64,000 nucleotides of DNA from Thermoleophilia bacterium (GCA_020053595.1 JAGVMV010000024.1:29707-93706), one strand, 5' to 3'; positions 36,583 through 45,788 are shown, counted from the first letter of the stretch. Translations and numbers: made by a program. Notes: a model not told the origin generated them from the sequence alone.

Positions 36583-36662
36583 GGTGGCCGGGACGGGATG
36601 TTCCCGCCTCCACTTGGGTCTTCGACAGACGTTGCGGCGGAAACATCCCGTCCCGGCCATGA
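36583..36662 (+). repeat. Intergenic ~80-nt long-hairpin repeat element, copy 1
   Basis: GGCCGGGACGGGATGTTCCCGCC-TCCACTTGGGTCTTCGACAGACGTTGC-GGCGGAAACATCCCGTCCCGGCC. A second copy lies at 63663-63740 with compensatory changes in the stem. Confidence 0.7.
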
Positions 36663-36694
36663 ACTTTTTTCCCGTTTGAGAGGCTAGCTTTATC

Positions 36695-37414
36695 TTGGAA
36701 AGACTGCAAAAGTTTTTGGCCCGCTCCGGCATCGCCTCGCGCCGCAAGTGTGAGGAGCTGATTCTTGCCGGCCGGGTGATGGTCAACGGCGAGACGGTCA
36801 CCGAGCTGGGTACGCGTGTCCAGCTCGGCGATGTAGTCTGGTTTGACGGCAAACCGGTCGCACCCGAGCGGCTGGAGTACTATCTGCTTAACAAACCCGC
36901 CGATGTTATTTGCGCTGTCTCCGACCATCGTGGCCAGAAGACGGTGGTCGATCTGGTCGCAAGCCCGGTGCGGCTCTTTCCCGTGGGCCGGCTCGACCGT
37001 GACACCACTGGCATCATTATCCTTACCAACGATGGCGCCATGGCGCATTCGCTGATGCATCCCCGCTTCGAGGTTGATAAAGTATATAAGGCCGAAGTCG
37101 AGGGTGAGGTAACCGAAGACGAACTTGACAGGTTGCGCAACGGAGTCCAGCTTGAAGATGGCCTGACACGCCCTGCCGTTGTTCTCCTGATGGGCAAACG
37201 CAGTGGCGGCAGTTTTGTGGAAATCACTTTACACGAGGGGCGCAAGCGGCAGGTGCGGCGCATGTTCGACGCCATCGGCCATCCGGTCTGGAAGTTGCAC
37301 CGTAAAAGATATGCCATGTTGACGGATGTGGGCCTGGCTCCCGGCGGGTCTCGTCCCCTCAAGGAAAAGGAAGTAGCAGCCTTGCGGAAATTAGCAAAAG
37401 GAGAAATATCATGA
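36695..37414 (+). CDS. rluB: 23S rRNA pseudouridine synthase (RluB/RsuA family; S4 domain plus PseudoU_synth)
   Basis: N-terminal S4 domain (RLQKFLARSGIASRRK). Catalytic PVGRLDRDTTGIIILTNDG motif. Confidence 0.85.
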   Translation: MERLQKFLARSGIASRRKCEELILAGRVMVNGETVTELGTRVQLGDVVWFDGKPVAPERLEYYLLNKPADVICAVSDHRGQKTVVDLVASPVRLFPVGRLDRDTTGIIILTNDGAMAHSLMHPRFEVDKVYKAEVEGEVTEDELDRLRNGVQLEDGLTRPAVVLLMGKRSGGSFVEITLHEGRKRQVRRMFDAIGHPVWKLHRKRYAMLTDVGLAPGGSRPLKEKEVAALRKLAKGEIS

Positions 37415-37788
37415 GGGAGGGCGAGTGGCGGCTGGTAGCCGTGCGTGGCGCGACCACCGTGGAAGAGGATAAGGCCGCACAGGTCAGGGAACGGACCGCG
37501 GAGCTGCTCGAAGAGATGATGCAGCGTAACGATATCCGTGAGGATTCCCTGATCAGCATCATATTTACCGCCACCACTGATCTGGTTTCCGAGTTTCCCG
37601 CGGCGGCGGCGCGGGGAATGGGGCTGGCGCAGATCCCCCTTCTTTGCTCCCAGGAGATTCCGGTTACCGGCAGTATCGAGCGTTGCATCCGGGTGCTGAT
37701 GCACGTCTACTCGATCAAGCCACGCAAAGATATCCGCCATGCGTACCTGCATGCGGCACGGCAGCTAAGGACCGATTTACTGGAATGA
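37411..37788 (+). CDS. aroH: Monofunctional chorismate mutase, AroH class
   Basis: VRGATTVEED...SIIFTATTDL...FPAAAAR...CIRVLMHV matches Bacillus-type AroH along its whole length. Confidence 0.85.
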   Translation: MREGEWRLVAVRGATTVEEDKAAQVRERTAELLEEMMQRNDIREDSLISIIFTATTDLVSEFPAAAARGMGLAQIPLLCSQEIPVTGSIERCIRVLMHVYSIKPRKDIRHAYLHAARQLRTDLLE

Positions 37789-38873
37789 AATTTATTTCCC
37801 AGATAGAAAACCTGACGCCATACGTGGCCGGCACGCCCATCGAGGTGGTGGCCGAAGCCTACGGGCTCGACCGGGTGGTCAAGCTGGCCTCCAACGAGTC
37901 GCCCTTGCCGCCTTTTCCCGAGGTGCTGGAGGTCATAACCGGCAAGTTCGAGAGCCTCAACCGCTATCCCGACGCCGAGGCGCGGCAGTTGCGCGCCGCC
38001 CTTGCCGAACGCTACGCTGTCGACCCCGGACAGGTCATCCTTGGCAACGGTTCCTGTGAGCTGCTGATCTGGCTGAGCCTGATCTTCCTCGAGCCGGGGA
38101 CCGAGGCGGTTTTTTCCGACCCGACATTCCTGGTTTACGAGGAGGTGACCCTGGCGCGGGGCGCCCGGGCGGTCAAGGTTCCCCTGAGGGATTTCGCCAA
38201 CGATCTCGAAGCTCTTGCGGCGGCGGTCAACGAGCGTACGCGGCTGGTTTTCCTCACCAACCCGCACAACCCCACCGGTTCATACCTGCCGGCGGCTGAT
38301 ATCGCCGCCTTCGCGGCGCGGCTGCCCGATAGCTGCGCGCTGGTGCTCGATGAAGCCTATAACGAGTACGTCGAGGAGCCCGATTCACAGGGCGGCCTGG
38401 AGCTCTTTCGGGCCAACGCCAACGTTATCGTCATCCGCACCTTTTCCAAAATCTATGGCCTCTGCGGGCTCAGGGTGGGTTATGGCCTCTGCGCGCCGGC
38501 GGTTAAAGAGGCGGTGGACAAGGTGCGCCAGCCGTTCAACATCAATACGCTGGCCCAGGCCGCGGCGCTGAAGGCGCTGAGCCTCGAGAAGCGGCTGGAG
38601 GAGCGCCGGTCACTCAACCTCGCAGGCCGCCGCCAGCTGTATGAAGGGTTTGACGGTCTCGGCATCGGCTACATCCCGACGCAGAGCAATTTCATGCTGG
38701 TGGAGATCGATCAGCTCGCGGTTGCAGCGGCAGACGTGCCGGAAGAGCTGTTGCGACGCGGTGTCATCGTGCGGGACGGAGCTGCGCTGGGATGCCCGGG
38801 GTATATGCGGGTAAGCGCCGGCACGCCATCGGAGAATGAATTCTTACTGGCGAAGCTGGCTGAGCTGAAATAA
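37785..38873 (+). CDS. hisC: Histidinol-phosphate/aromatic aminotransferase (HisC family). ATG overlaps the aroH stop (ATGA).
   Basis: Class II aminotransferase motifs (LASNESPLPP, NPHNPTGSY, RTFSKIYGLCGLRVGY). Context next to chorismate mutase suggests an aromatic aminotransferase role. Confidence 0.8.
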   Translation: MKFISQIENLTPYVAGTPIEVVAEAYGLDRVVKLASNESPLPPFPEVLEVITGKFESLNRYPDAEARQLRAALAERYAVDPGQVILGNGSCELLIWLSLIFLEPGTEAVFSDPTFLVYEEVTLARGARAVKVPLRDFANDLEALAAAVNERTRLVFLTNPHNPTGSYLPAADIAAFAARLPDSCALVLDEAYNEYVEEPDSQGGLELFRANANVIVIRTFSKIYGLCGLRVGYGLCAPAVKEAVDKVRQPFNINTLAQAAALKALSLEKRLEERRSLNLAGRRQLYEGFDGLGIGYIPTQSNFMLVEIDQLAVAAADVPEELLRRGVIVRDGAALGCPGYMRVSAGTPSENEFLLAKLAELK

Positions 38874-38887
38874 GCTTAAATAAATCG

Positions 38888-39097
38888 TCAGACAGAGTGG
38901 CTTGAATCGCCACTCTTGTCTTTAGCTTTGCCGGCGTCGTCCTTGTTGTCTTCTATGCCTTTCAGACCACCCTTGAACTCCTTGATCCCTTTACCGAGGC
39001 TGCGGCCGAGATCAGGTAGACGTTTGGGGCCGAATATGAGCATGGCGACAACGAGAATGAAAATTATATGCGTGGGTGCGAGAAGTTCGCCGAACAT
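38888..39097 (-). CDS. tatA: Twin-arginine translocase subunit TatA/E
   Basis: FGPKRLPDLGRSLGKGIKEFK signature. Single N-terminal TM helix. Confidence 0.85.
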   Translation of the reverse strand: MFGELLAPTHIIFILVVAMLIFGPKRLPDLGRSLGKGIKEFKGGLKGIEDNKDDAGKAKDKSGDSSHSV

Positions 39098-39224
39098 GCT
39101 GATCCTTCCTTAAATGAATATGCCTGGTTCATATATATAACAAAAGGATCTGAATGTTAAATCGGGGCTACAGGGATAACAAAAGGATCTGAAAGCTAAA
39201 TCGGTCCGGGTAATTCGGGGCAAC

Positions 39225-40250
39225 TCAACCAGCGGCATGCCGTTCGCCGCTTCCGGTCATTCCGGCATAGGAATCTTTCTGCTCGGGTCGTTCCGTATGG
39301 GATGAGTTCTCATTGCGAGAGCTCTCTTCGTTATGAGAGTTGCCGTTTTCCCGTTTCGGACTGGATTGGCTTCCGCCATCATGTCCGCCGGAATCCGGTG
39401 TGCCATCGCCACCCGACTCGCTGCCAGCATGGCCGGCATCCTCAGCCGGGGCACCCGGGTCTGGGCTTTCGACCGGCTCGACGGCCGCCGGTTGGGCCGC
39501 GCCGGCGTTGGCGCTCATTTCATCCTGCGTTACTGGCTGTGGTCCAGCCTCGCCTGCTCCGGTAACAGCCGATATCTTCCTGAGCATTTCTTCATGGCGC
39601 AGGCGGGTCGACTGGATCAGGGCATCTATTTCAGCAGTGTCTTCGCCGTCAACCGTGGCGGACCGGGCGTGGGCTGCGGCGTCGCTGATGTTTTTGTCAT
39701 AACGGGCCAGCAGGTCAGGTACGTATTCCTGCCGGTTATTATCCAGCATCTTCTGGAGTTCATCGAGACGCGCGTTCGCGTGGCTGTTTTCGACCCGGGC
39801 CTGATCAAGGTTCTGCACGGCGAGTGTAGTGTGGGCCGATTCAAGCCGCTGCTTCACAGGATAAAGACGGCTGTCGGGTCCGGCTCCGCTGGCAGCCACC
39901 GCCGTGCTGGCGAACAGCAGCACGAACAGTCCTGCTATTAGGACCAGCGGCCGCAGCATGGCCAGACGGTGCGACCCGGAGCGCCGCTGCATCGACAGGC
40001 TTCGAGCCCGTGCCAGGAGTTTCTCCCGTGTTTCCTCCCGCGACGCCGTTGAAACCTCGGCCTGCAGCGCCTCACGGCTCGACAGGGCCAGCTGCAAAAG
40101 CGGACGCAGTTCTGCGGCCAGTTCCGGGTTAACGGCGCAGCACTCTTCCAGACCGGCTTTTCCATCAAGCAGGCGGCCCAGCTCCCGGTCCAAAGCCGTC
40201 TGGAGCCGGTTACCTGAACCCTGCTCGTTTTTTTTAAAATCTTCGTTCAT
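39225..40250 (-). CDS. Putative anti-sigma factor (single TM, DUF5667-like periplasmic region) cognate to the upstream ECF sigma
   Basis: Immediately downstream of the ECF sigma gene on the same strand. N-terminal cytoplasmic Cys-containing helix, TM helix LVLIAGLFVLLF, then a low-complexity C-terminus. Confidence 0.55.
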   Translation of the reverse strand: MNEDFKKNEQGSGNRLQTALDRELGRLLDGKAGLEECCAVNPELAAELRPLLQLALSSREALQAEVSTASREETREKLLARARSLSMQRRSGSHRLAMLRPLVLIAGLFVLLFASTAVAASGAGPDSRLYPVKQRLESAHTTLAVQNLDQARVENSHANARLDELQKMLDNNRQEYVPDLLARYDKNISDAAAHARSATVDGEDTAEIDALIQSTRLRHEEMLRKISAVTGAGEAGPQPVTQDEMSANAGAAQPAAVEPVESPDPGAPAEDAGHAGSESGGDGTPDSGGHDGGSQSSPKRENGNSHNEESSRNENSSHTERPEQKDSYAGMTGSGERHAAG

Positions 40251-40267
40251 ATCGATTCCTGTAAGTG

Positions 40268-40819
40268 TTACTTCTTCTCCAGCCTCTTCCTCAGGGCCAG
40301 CATCGCCCGGTGCGTCAGCCCCTTGACTGCTCCCTCGCTCTTGCCCAGCACTTCACCGATCTGGCGGTTGCTGAAGTTCATCATCAGCTTGAGCAGCACA
40401 ACCTGCTGCTGTTCCTCGGAAAGCCCGGCGATCGCCCGTCTGAGCTCCCGATCATCCCAGGCCTTGTTTGCCTGGTCTTCCACCAGCGCTGCCGACGGCA
40501 GCTCCATGACATCTTCCGTCAGTGCTGTCTCACGGGCGCCCCGTCCCAGCCGCCGGAAGTGGTCCAGAACATCGTTGCGCGCGATGCGAAACAGCCAGGC
40601 GGCGAAACCCGCACCACGCCAGCTGAACTCGTCGATCTTCTCCAGCACATAGAGGAAGACCTCGGCGGTGATGTCCTCAGCGTCCGCCCTGGAGCCGGTC
40701 TGGCGCAGCACATAGGAGTATACCGGGTCATAAAACCGGTCATACAGCTGACCGAAGGCATCGGCGTCGCCTTTCTGAATGCGCTTGATTAACCGCGACA
40801 GCTCGCGCTTCTCGGTCAA
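40268..40819 (-). CDS. ECF-family RNA polymerase sigma factor
   Basis: Sigma-70 regions 2 and 4: FGQLYDRFYDPVYSYVLRQTGSRADAEDITAEVFLYV and the region-4 HTH SNRQIGEVLGKSEGAVKGLTHRAMLALRK. Confidence 0.85.
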   Translation of the reverse strand: MTEKRELSRLIKRIQKGDADAFGQLYDRFYDPVYSYVLRQTGSRADAEDITAEVFLYVLEKIDEFSWRGAGFAAWLFRIARNDVLDHFRRLGRGARETALTEDVMELPSAALVEDQANKAWDDRELRRAIAGLSEEQQQVVLLKLMMNFSNRQIGEVLGKSEGAVKGLTHRAMLALRKRLEKK

Positions 40820-41085
40820 CTCATGACTCCTGTTTATCCAGCGTTGAAAGGGGCAAATTGGATACGGGGCAATATCCGCCCGGGGGGAGGGGCTGACTGC
40901 ATATCCCGAGTCTAACGTTTTTCGGGGATCTCGGCCCCAGTTAAATCCTTACAGGTTGCGTCGGTCGAAATCAACCAAATGAGAGAAGAATTAATTATTT
41001 TTCTTTTAGCCGTAACTTTACCTCGACCTGACCGCTATACCCTTGAAAGCGGAACCGTGCAAGAGAAGAAAGCGAGGAATTCGAT

Positions 41086-41625
41086 ATGGCGTTCAAAATG
41101 AAGCTGTTAATAATAGCGGCACTATTGCTGCTGGGTGTGACCGGCGTGGCTTTTGCCTCTGGCCAGGTTCCGGACGCAGTCAGCGGCGGTATCGCCACCC
41201 TCACGGGGTCGGGTGTGGGCGGAACGAGTGCCGCATCCAGCGCGTATGATGATGACAACGCCGCGGACGACGAGTACGGAAGCGACGACAACGCGGCCTC
41301 TGATGAGTACGGAGACGATGACGCGACCGAGCAGGAAGACCACGGCCAGGCCAGGGATGATGACGAAGACGAGGCCGGGGAAGCGGGCGAGCATCATCAG
41401 GGCAACATGGGCAGGGGCGCCGAGCATGCCAACGAACATGCGAACGTGCCGGCAACTACTCCTGTGTCCGGCGGTAACGCTCCGGCGCATGAAGCGGATG
41501 ACGAAGACGACTATTCTGCACAAGGCGGCATGGGCGGATATTCAGACTCTGGTTCAACCACGATGGGAACGCCGGCAGCCATGCATCTTCCACAAAATCA
41601 CACGGTAGGGATTGATGCCGGATGA
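41086..41625 (+). CDS. Secreted acidic low-complexity protein (signal peptide; D/E/A/G-rich)
   Basis: GAGGAA RBS. Signal peptide MKLLIIAALLLLGVTGVAFA. Divergent from the ECF sigma gene. Compositionally biased, so a coding call is tentative. Confidence 0.45.
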   Translation: MAFKMKLLIIAALLLLGVTGVAFASGQVPDAVSGGIATLTGSGVGGTSAASSAYDDDNAADDEYGSDDNAASDEYGDDDATEQEDHGQARDDDEDEAGEAGEHHQGNMGRGAEHANEHANVPATTPVSGGNAPAHEADDEDDYSAQGGMGGYSDSGSTTMGTPAAMHLPQNHTVGIDAG

Positions 41626-41709
41626 AGCGCGGGCTTAATCAGCCCGTTCTGGCATCCTGAGCCACCCGGCAGCGGCAGCTGGGGAGTTGTCTGCCGGGTG
41701 GCTGAGTTT

Positions 41710-41743
41710 GGCCCGGGCCGTGGCAAGCGGTCCGGGTTTTTTC
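41710..41743 (+). terminator. Rho-independent terminator, preceded by an additional perfect 12-bp hairpin at 41661-41702
   Basis: GGCCCGGGCCG...CGGTCCGGG followed by TTTTTTC. Upstream hairpin GCCACCCGGCAG / CTGCCGGGTGGC. Confidence 0.55.
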
Positions 41744-42296
41744 TTATCGCCTTGTTGAAACAGACCGGGCTTTAAGCTTTCAGCCGTTGAAATAGCCAGG
41801 GCCTTGACCGTTTCGCCTCTCGAAACCGGCCAGGTTGGAAGCAGAAAAAATTTTTCCGGAAAACAGGTTTAGCAGGTTTAGGAATTCTTTCGCCGGGTAT
41901 ATATAGGTAGCATCTTCCAGAGTCGGACCGCGAGGTCAAAGACAAGGAAGATAAAGAGAGCCCCAAGAAGTCGGAAGACAAAGGGACTGACCAAAAAAGT
42001 GGCGGGGAAGGACGAGACGCCAGGGAAAGCAGGGTAACAAACTCTGCGAGGTCAGGAAAAAAGTCTAAAGGTTTTTTGGGGCTTTTGCTATGCCCTGATA
42101 ACCGGCGGCCGGGCTCGCCGGATTCCCCGTTAAAACTCCCGTTTTTCCTTATGGCAGCGTAGTGTTAGAATTACAGGCTGTTGGCGCCGCGGCTGAATGG
42201 CTCGCCCGTAGGCGCCGGACTTTTTATTCTTTGACCAATTATTGACCAATACGGCGCTGTGCCGGCCAACATTTCACTGGTGGAGGTAAAGCCGCG

Positions 42297-43313
42297 ATGA
42301 TGATTATCATGAAACCCGATGCTACCGACGAGCAGATCCAGCATGTTGTCGACCGGCTCGCCGCCGTCGGAGCAAAAGCCCACATCTCCCGCGGTGAGTT
42401 CGTCACCATCATCGGCGCCATCGGCGACCGCGATGAGATCGTGCAGTTGCCGCTGGACGCCATGCCCGGCGTCGACAAGATCATGCCTATCCTCAAGCCT
42501 TACAAGCTGGCCAGTCGCCAGGCTCATCCGGACGATACAGTCGTACAGGTGCGCGATCGCGCCCTGGGCGGCGGTATGTTTGCACTGATAGCGGGCCCCT
42601 GCTCAGTCGAGAGTGAGGACCAGTACCTGCAGGCGGCCCGGCAGGCCAAAGAGGCCGGCGCTTCCATGCTTCGCGGTGGCGCCTTCAAGCCCCGCACCTC
42701 TCCCTACAGTTTCCAGGGTCTGGGCGAGGACGGCCTGAAGATCATGGCTTTGGCCCGGGAGGAGACCGGGCTCCCCCTGGTCACCGAACTGATGGATCCG
42801 CGTGATGTGGAGGTAGTGCTCAAATACGCCGACGTCATCCAGATCGGTACTCGTAACATGCAGAATTTCCAGTTGCTCTCCGAGGTGGGCAAGGTGGAGC
42901 GCCCGGTGCTGATCAAGCGCGGCATGAGCGCCACCATCGAAGAACTGCTGATGGCGGCCGAGTATGTCCTCAAGGAGGGAAACTCCAATGTCATCCTTTG
43001 CGAGCGGGGCATCCGGACGTTCGAGACCGCAACCCGGTTCACCCTGGATATTTCCGCCATTCCGGTCATCAAGAAGCAGAGCCATCTGCCGGTCATCGTC
43101 GATCCCAGCCACTCGTCGGGCAAGCGTGAACTGGTGCTGCCGCTCTCGCTGGCTTCGGTGGCGGTGGGCGCCGACGGTCTGATCGTCGAAACCCATCCCG
43201 ATCCGGAAGCGGCTCTCTGCGACGGTTCCCAGTCGCTGCCGGCTGATGAATTCAAGGCTTATACCGCCGAGGTTCGCCGTTACGTGGAGCTGGCGGGTAA
43301 GCAGATCTCCTAG
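42297..43313 (+). CDS. aroF: 3-deoxy-7-phosphoheptulonate (DAHP) synthase, type I-beta, with an N-terminal regulatory domain
   Basis: KDO8PS/DAHPS I-beta motifs (FALIAGPCSVES, LRGGAFKPRTSPYSFQGLG, IVDPSHSSG). ~90-aa N-terminal ACT/FL-like extension. Confidence 0.85.
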   Translation: MMIIMKPDATDEQIQHVVDRLAAVGAKAHISRGEFVTIIGAIGDRDEIVQLPLDAMPGVDKIMPILKPYKLASRQAHPDDTVVQVRDRALGGGMFALIAGPCSVESEDQYLQAARQAKEAGASMLRGGAFKPRTSPYSFQGLGEDGLKIMALAREETGLPLVTELMDPRDVEVVLKYADVIQIGTRNMQNFQLLSEVGKVERPVLIKRGMSATIEELLMAAEYVLKEGNSNVILCERGIRTFETATRFTLDISAIPVIKKQSHLPVIVDPSHSSGKRELVLPLSLASVAVGADGLIVETHPDPEAALCDGSQSLPADEFKAYTAEVRRYVELAGKQIS

Positions 43314-43337
43314 AGCGGCGCCGCCGCGGGGACGGCC

Positions 43338-44465
43338 ATGCCAGATTTCTCCAACACTTCCATCGCCATCATCGGTGTCGGACTCATGGGCGGCTCGCTG
43401 GGCCTGGCGGCCCAGGAACGTCTGGGCGTCCGGCGCGTCAGCGGTTTCAGCCGCACGGAGCGCAGTCTGCAGCAGGCGCTGGAGATGGGCGCCATCACTG
43501 AAAAGGCCGGCAGTATCGAGGAAGCGGTCTCGGGAGCGGATATCGTCTTTCTGGCGACTCCCGTGCGCTCGTTGATGGCGATGGCGCGGCAGGCGCTTGC
43601 TGCCTCTGGTCCAGCCTGCATTGTCACCGATATGGGCAGTACCAAATCGAGCCTGATGGCGGCCCTGAGTCCAGCCGAGGAAAAGCGCTTCATCGGCGGC
43701 CACCCGGTTTGCGGCGCCGAGACCGCCGGCGTGGTGAACGCCCGCGAGGAACTTTTTGACAACGCCACCTGGTTTCTGACCTCCGGACAGGGGGTCGACC
43801 CTTCCAACTACGAGCGCCTGCACGGCTTCATCGCCGGCGTCGGCGGCGTGCCTACCGCTATCGACCCGGACGCCCATGACCGTATCATGGCGCTGGTCAG
43901 CCATCTGCCGCATGTACTGTCCAACTCCACCATGAACCAGGTGGGGGGCGTGAACCTGGATGGCCGCGAGGCGCTGCTCTCCGCAGGCCCCAGCTTTCGC
44001 GACCTGACCCGGACGGCCGGCAGCAACCCCCAGGTCTGGACCGATATCTTCATGGAGAACAGCCGCTGGCTGGCCGAGGCGCTGCGCGACCATCGGGACA
44101 GCATCGATCGCATCCTGGAGGCGGTCGAGAGTGGAAATGAAGCTTTTTTAACCGGCATGATCACCGAGGCGGCAGCTAATCGCAACCGCATGCTGGAAGC
44201 TGAGAACCTGGCTCCCAGTGAGCTTTTCGTGGTCAAGGTGCCGGTCTTCGACCAGCCGGGTGTGCTCAGCCAGGTCACCGTCGCTCTGGGCAACGCCGGC
44301 ATCAACATCGAGGATCTTGCCTTCCACCGCATCAGCATCGAACAGGGTGGCGTGCTGTCGCTGGTAGTTTCCGGTAGCGATACCGGCGATCGCGCCGTGG
44401 AGCTGCTGCGGGGACTCAACTACGATGCGGTGGCGGTGCCTTTCACCAACGCCGAGGCGGGTTAG
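43338..44465 (+). CDS. tyrA: Prephenate dehydrogenase with C-terminal ACT domain
   Basis: IAIIGVGLMGGSLGLA Rossmann motif. C-terminal ACT (VKVPVFDQPGVLSQVTVALGNAGINIEDL). Confidence 0.85.
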   Translation: MPDFSNTSIAIIGVGLMGGSLGLAAQERLGVRRVSGFSRTERSLQQALEMGAITEKAGSIEEAVSGADIVFLATPVRSLMAMARQALAASGPACIVTDMGSTKSSLMAALSPAEEKRFIGGHPVCGAETAGVVNAREELFDNATWFLTSGQGVDPSNYERLHGFIAGVGGVPTAIDPDAHDRIMALVSHLPHVLSNSTMNQVGGVNLDGREALLSAGPSFRDLTRTAGSNPQVWTDIFMENSRWLAEALRDHRDSIDRILEAVESGNEAFLTGMITEAAANRNRMLEAENLAPSELFVVKVPVFDQPGVLSQVTVALGNAGINIEDLAFHRISIEQGGVLSLVVSGSDTGDRAVELLRGLNYDAVAVPFTNAEAG

Positions 44466-44474
44466 GAGCCGGTC

Positions 44475-45788
44475 TTGGCGGTGGCGCCGGGAAGTTCCAT
44501 TATGTTCATGCCATCCGGCGGCCTGCGGGGGACCCTGCAGGTGCCGGCAGATAAATCGGTTTCCCATCGCGCCGCCATCATCGCCGCCATTTCCGATTCC
44601 CCGGTCAGGATCAATAATTTTTTACGGGCCGCGGACACCAGTTCGACGCTGCGGGCGATGGCCACCTGCGGGGTTGAGATTGAGAACCTGGACGATGGCA
44701 CACCGATCGTTCATGGCGCCGGCCTGCGTGGCCTCAGACCGCCTCGCGGTACCATCGACATCGGCAACTCCGGCACTTCCATCCGCCTGCTCCCCGGGGT
44801 TTTTTCCGGGCAAAGCGGCTCCTTCACACTGGACGGGGATGAAAGTATCCGCCTCCGGCCAATGGACCGTATAGTTTTTCCCCTGCGGGAGATGGGTGTC
44901 CGGATCCAGGCGAAGGAAGATCGCTTTGCGCCGGTCACGGTGGCGGGCGGCCGGCTGCACGGCATCCGTTACGAGATGCCTGTGGCCAGCGCACAGGTCA
45001 AGTCGGCGCTGCTGCTGGCGGGGCTCTATGCCGACGGTCCCACCGAGGTAGTTGAGCCCGCGGTCTGCCGTGACCATACCGAGATCATGCTGGCCGCCGC
45101 CGGAGCGCGGGTGGAAAAAGAAGGCCTGCTGACCCGAATCCATCCGGCCGGGCGGCTTCACCTGGAGGAAATCGATGTCATCGCTGATATCTCTTCGGCC
45201 GCCTTCTGGCTGGTGGCGGCGACGATCATCTCCGGTTCCGAGTTGACGCTTGCCGGGGTCGGAGTAAACCCGACGCGCACCGGTCTGATCGATATCCTGC
45301 TGGAAATGGGAGCTGACATTACGCTTGAAAACGAACGCCGGCAGAGTGGCGAGCCGGTAGCGGATATCAGGGTACGTCATGCGAAGCTCCACGGCCTGGT
45401 GGTGGGCGGCGGGATCACCGGACGCGCCATCGACGAGTTGCCGTTGCTGGCCCTGGCCGGCGCCTACGCCGAAGGCGAAACCCTGGTCACCGGCGCCGCC
45501 GAACTGCGCCTGAAGGAATCAGATCGAATTACCGGTCTGGTGGATAACCTCGCCGGCATTGGTATTCACATCCAGGGATGTGAGGAAGGTTTCCTGGTAC
45601 GTGGCATCCACGGCGCCTTGGGCGGACGCATCCGCAGCCATGGCGATCATCGCATGGCCATGCTGGGCGCGGTGGCCGGGCTTGCATCAAGTGAAGGGAT
45701 CGCAGTGGATGATTTTGATTGCGTGGCCGTATCGTATCCGGCATTCCTGGACGATCTGGAAAAGCTGGGCGAAAGGGGAAGCTGGTGA
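44475..45788 (+). CDS. aroA: 3-phosphoshikimate 1-carboxyvinyltransferase (EPSP synthase). An alternative start near 44505 is possible.
   Basis: LQVPADKSVSHRAAIIAAIS start region and EPSPS motifs throughout (LxxGNSGTSIRLL, RPMDRI). Confidence 0.9.
   Translation: MAVAPGSSIMFMPSGGLRGTLQVPADKSVSHRAAIIAAISDSPVRINNFLRAADTSSTLRAMATCGVEIENLDDGTPIVHGAGLRGLRPPRGTIDIGNSGTSIRLLPGVFSGQSGSFTLDGDESIRLRPMDRIVFPLREMGVRIQAKEDRFAPVTVAGGRLHGIRYEMPVASAQVKSALLLAGLYADGPTEVVEPAVCRDHTEIMLAAAGARVEKEGLLTRIHPAGRLHLEEIDVIADISSAAFWLVAATIISGSELTLAGVGVNPTRTGLIDILLEMGADITLENERRQSGEPVADIRVRHAKLHGLVVGGGITGRAIDELPLLALAGAYAEGETLVTGAAELRLKESDRITGLVDNLAGIGIHIQGCEEGFLVRGIHGALGGRIRSHGDHRMAMLGAVAGLASSEGIAVDDFDCVAVSYPAFLDDLEKLGERGSW

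Noticed and set aside
41772-41981. 69-aa ORF on the minus strand in the aroF leader
   Set aside because: It sits in a purine-rich non-coding stretch, has no RBS and is likely a chance ORF.
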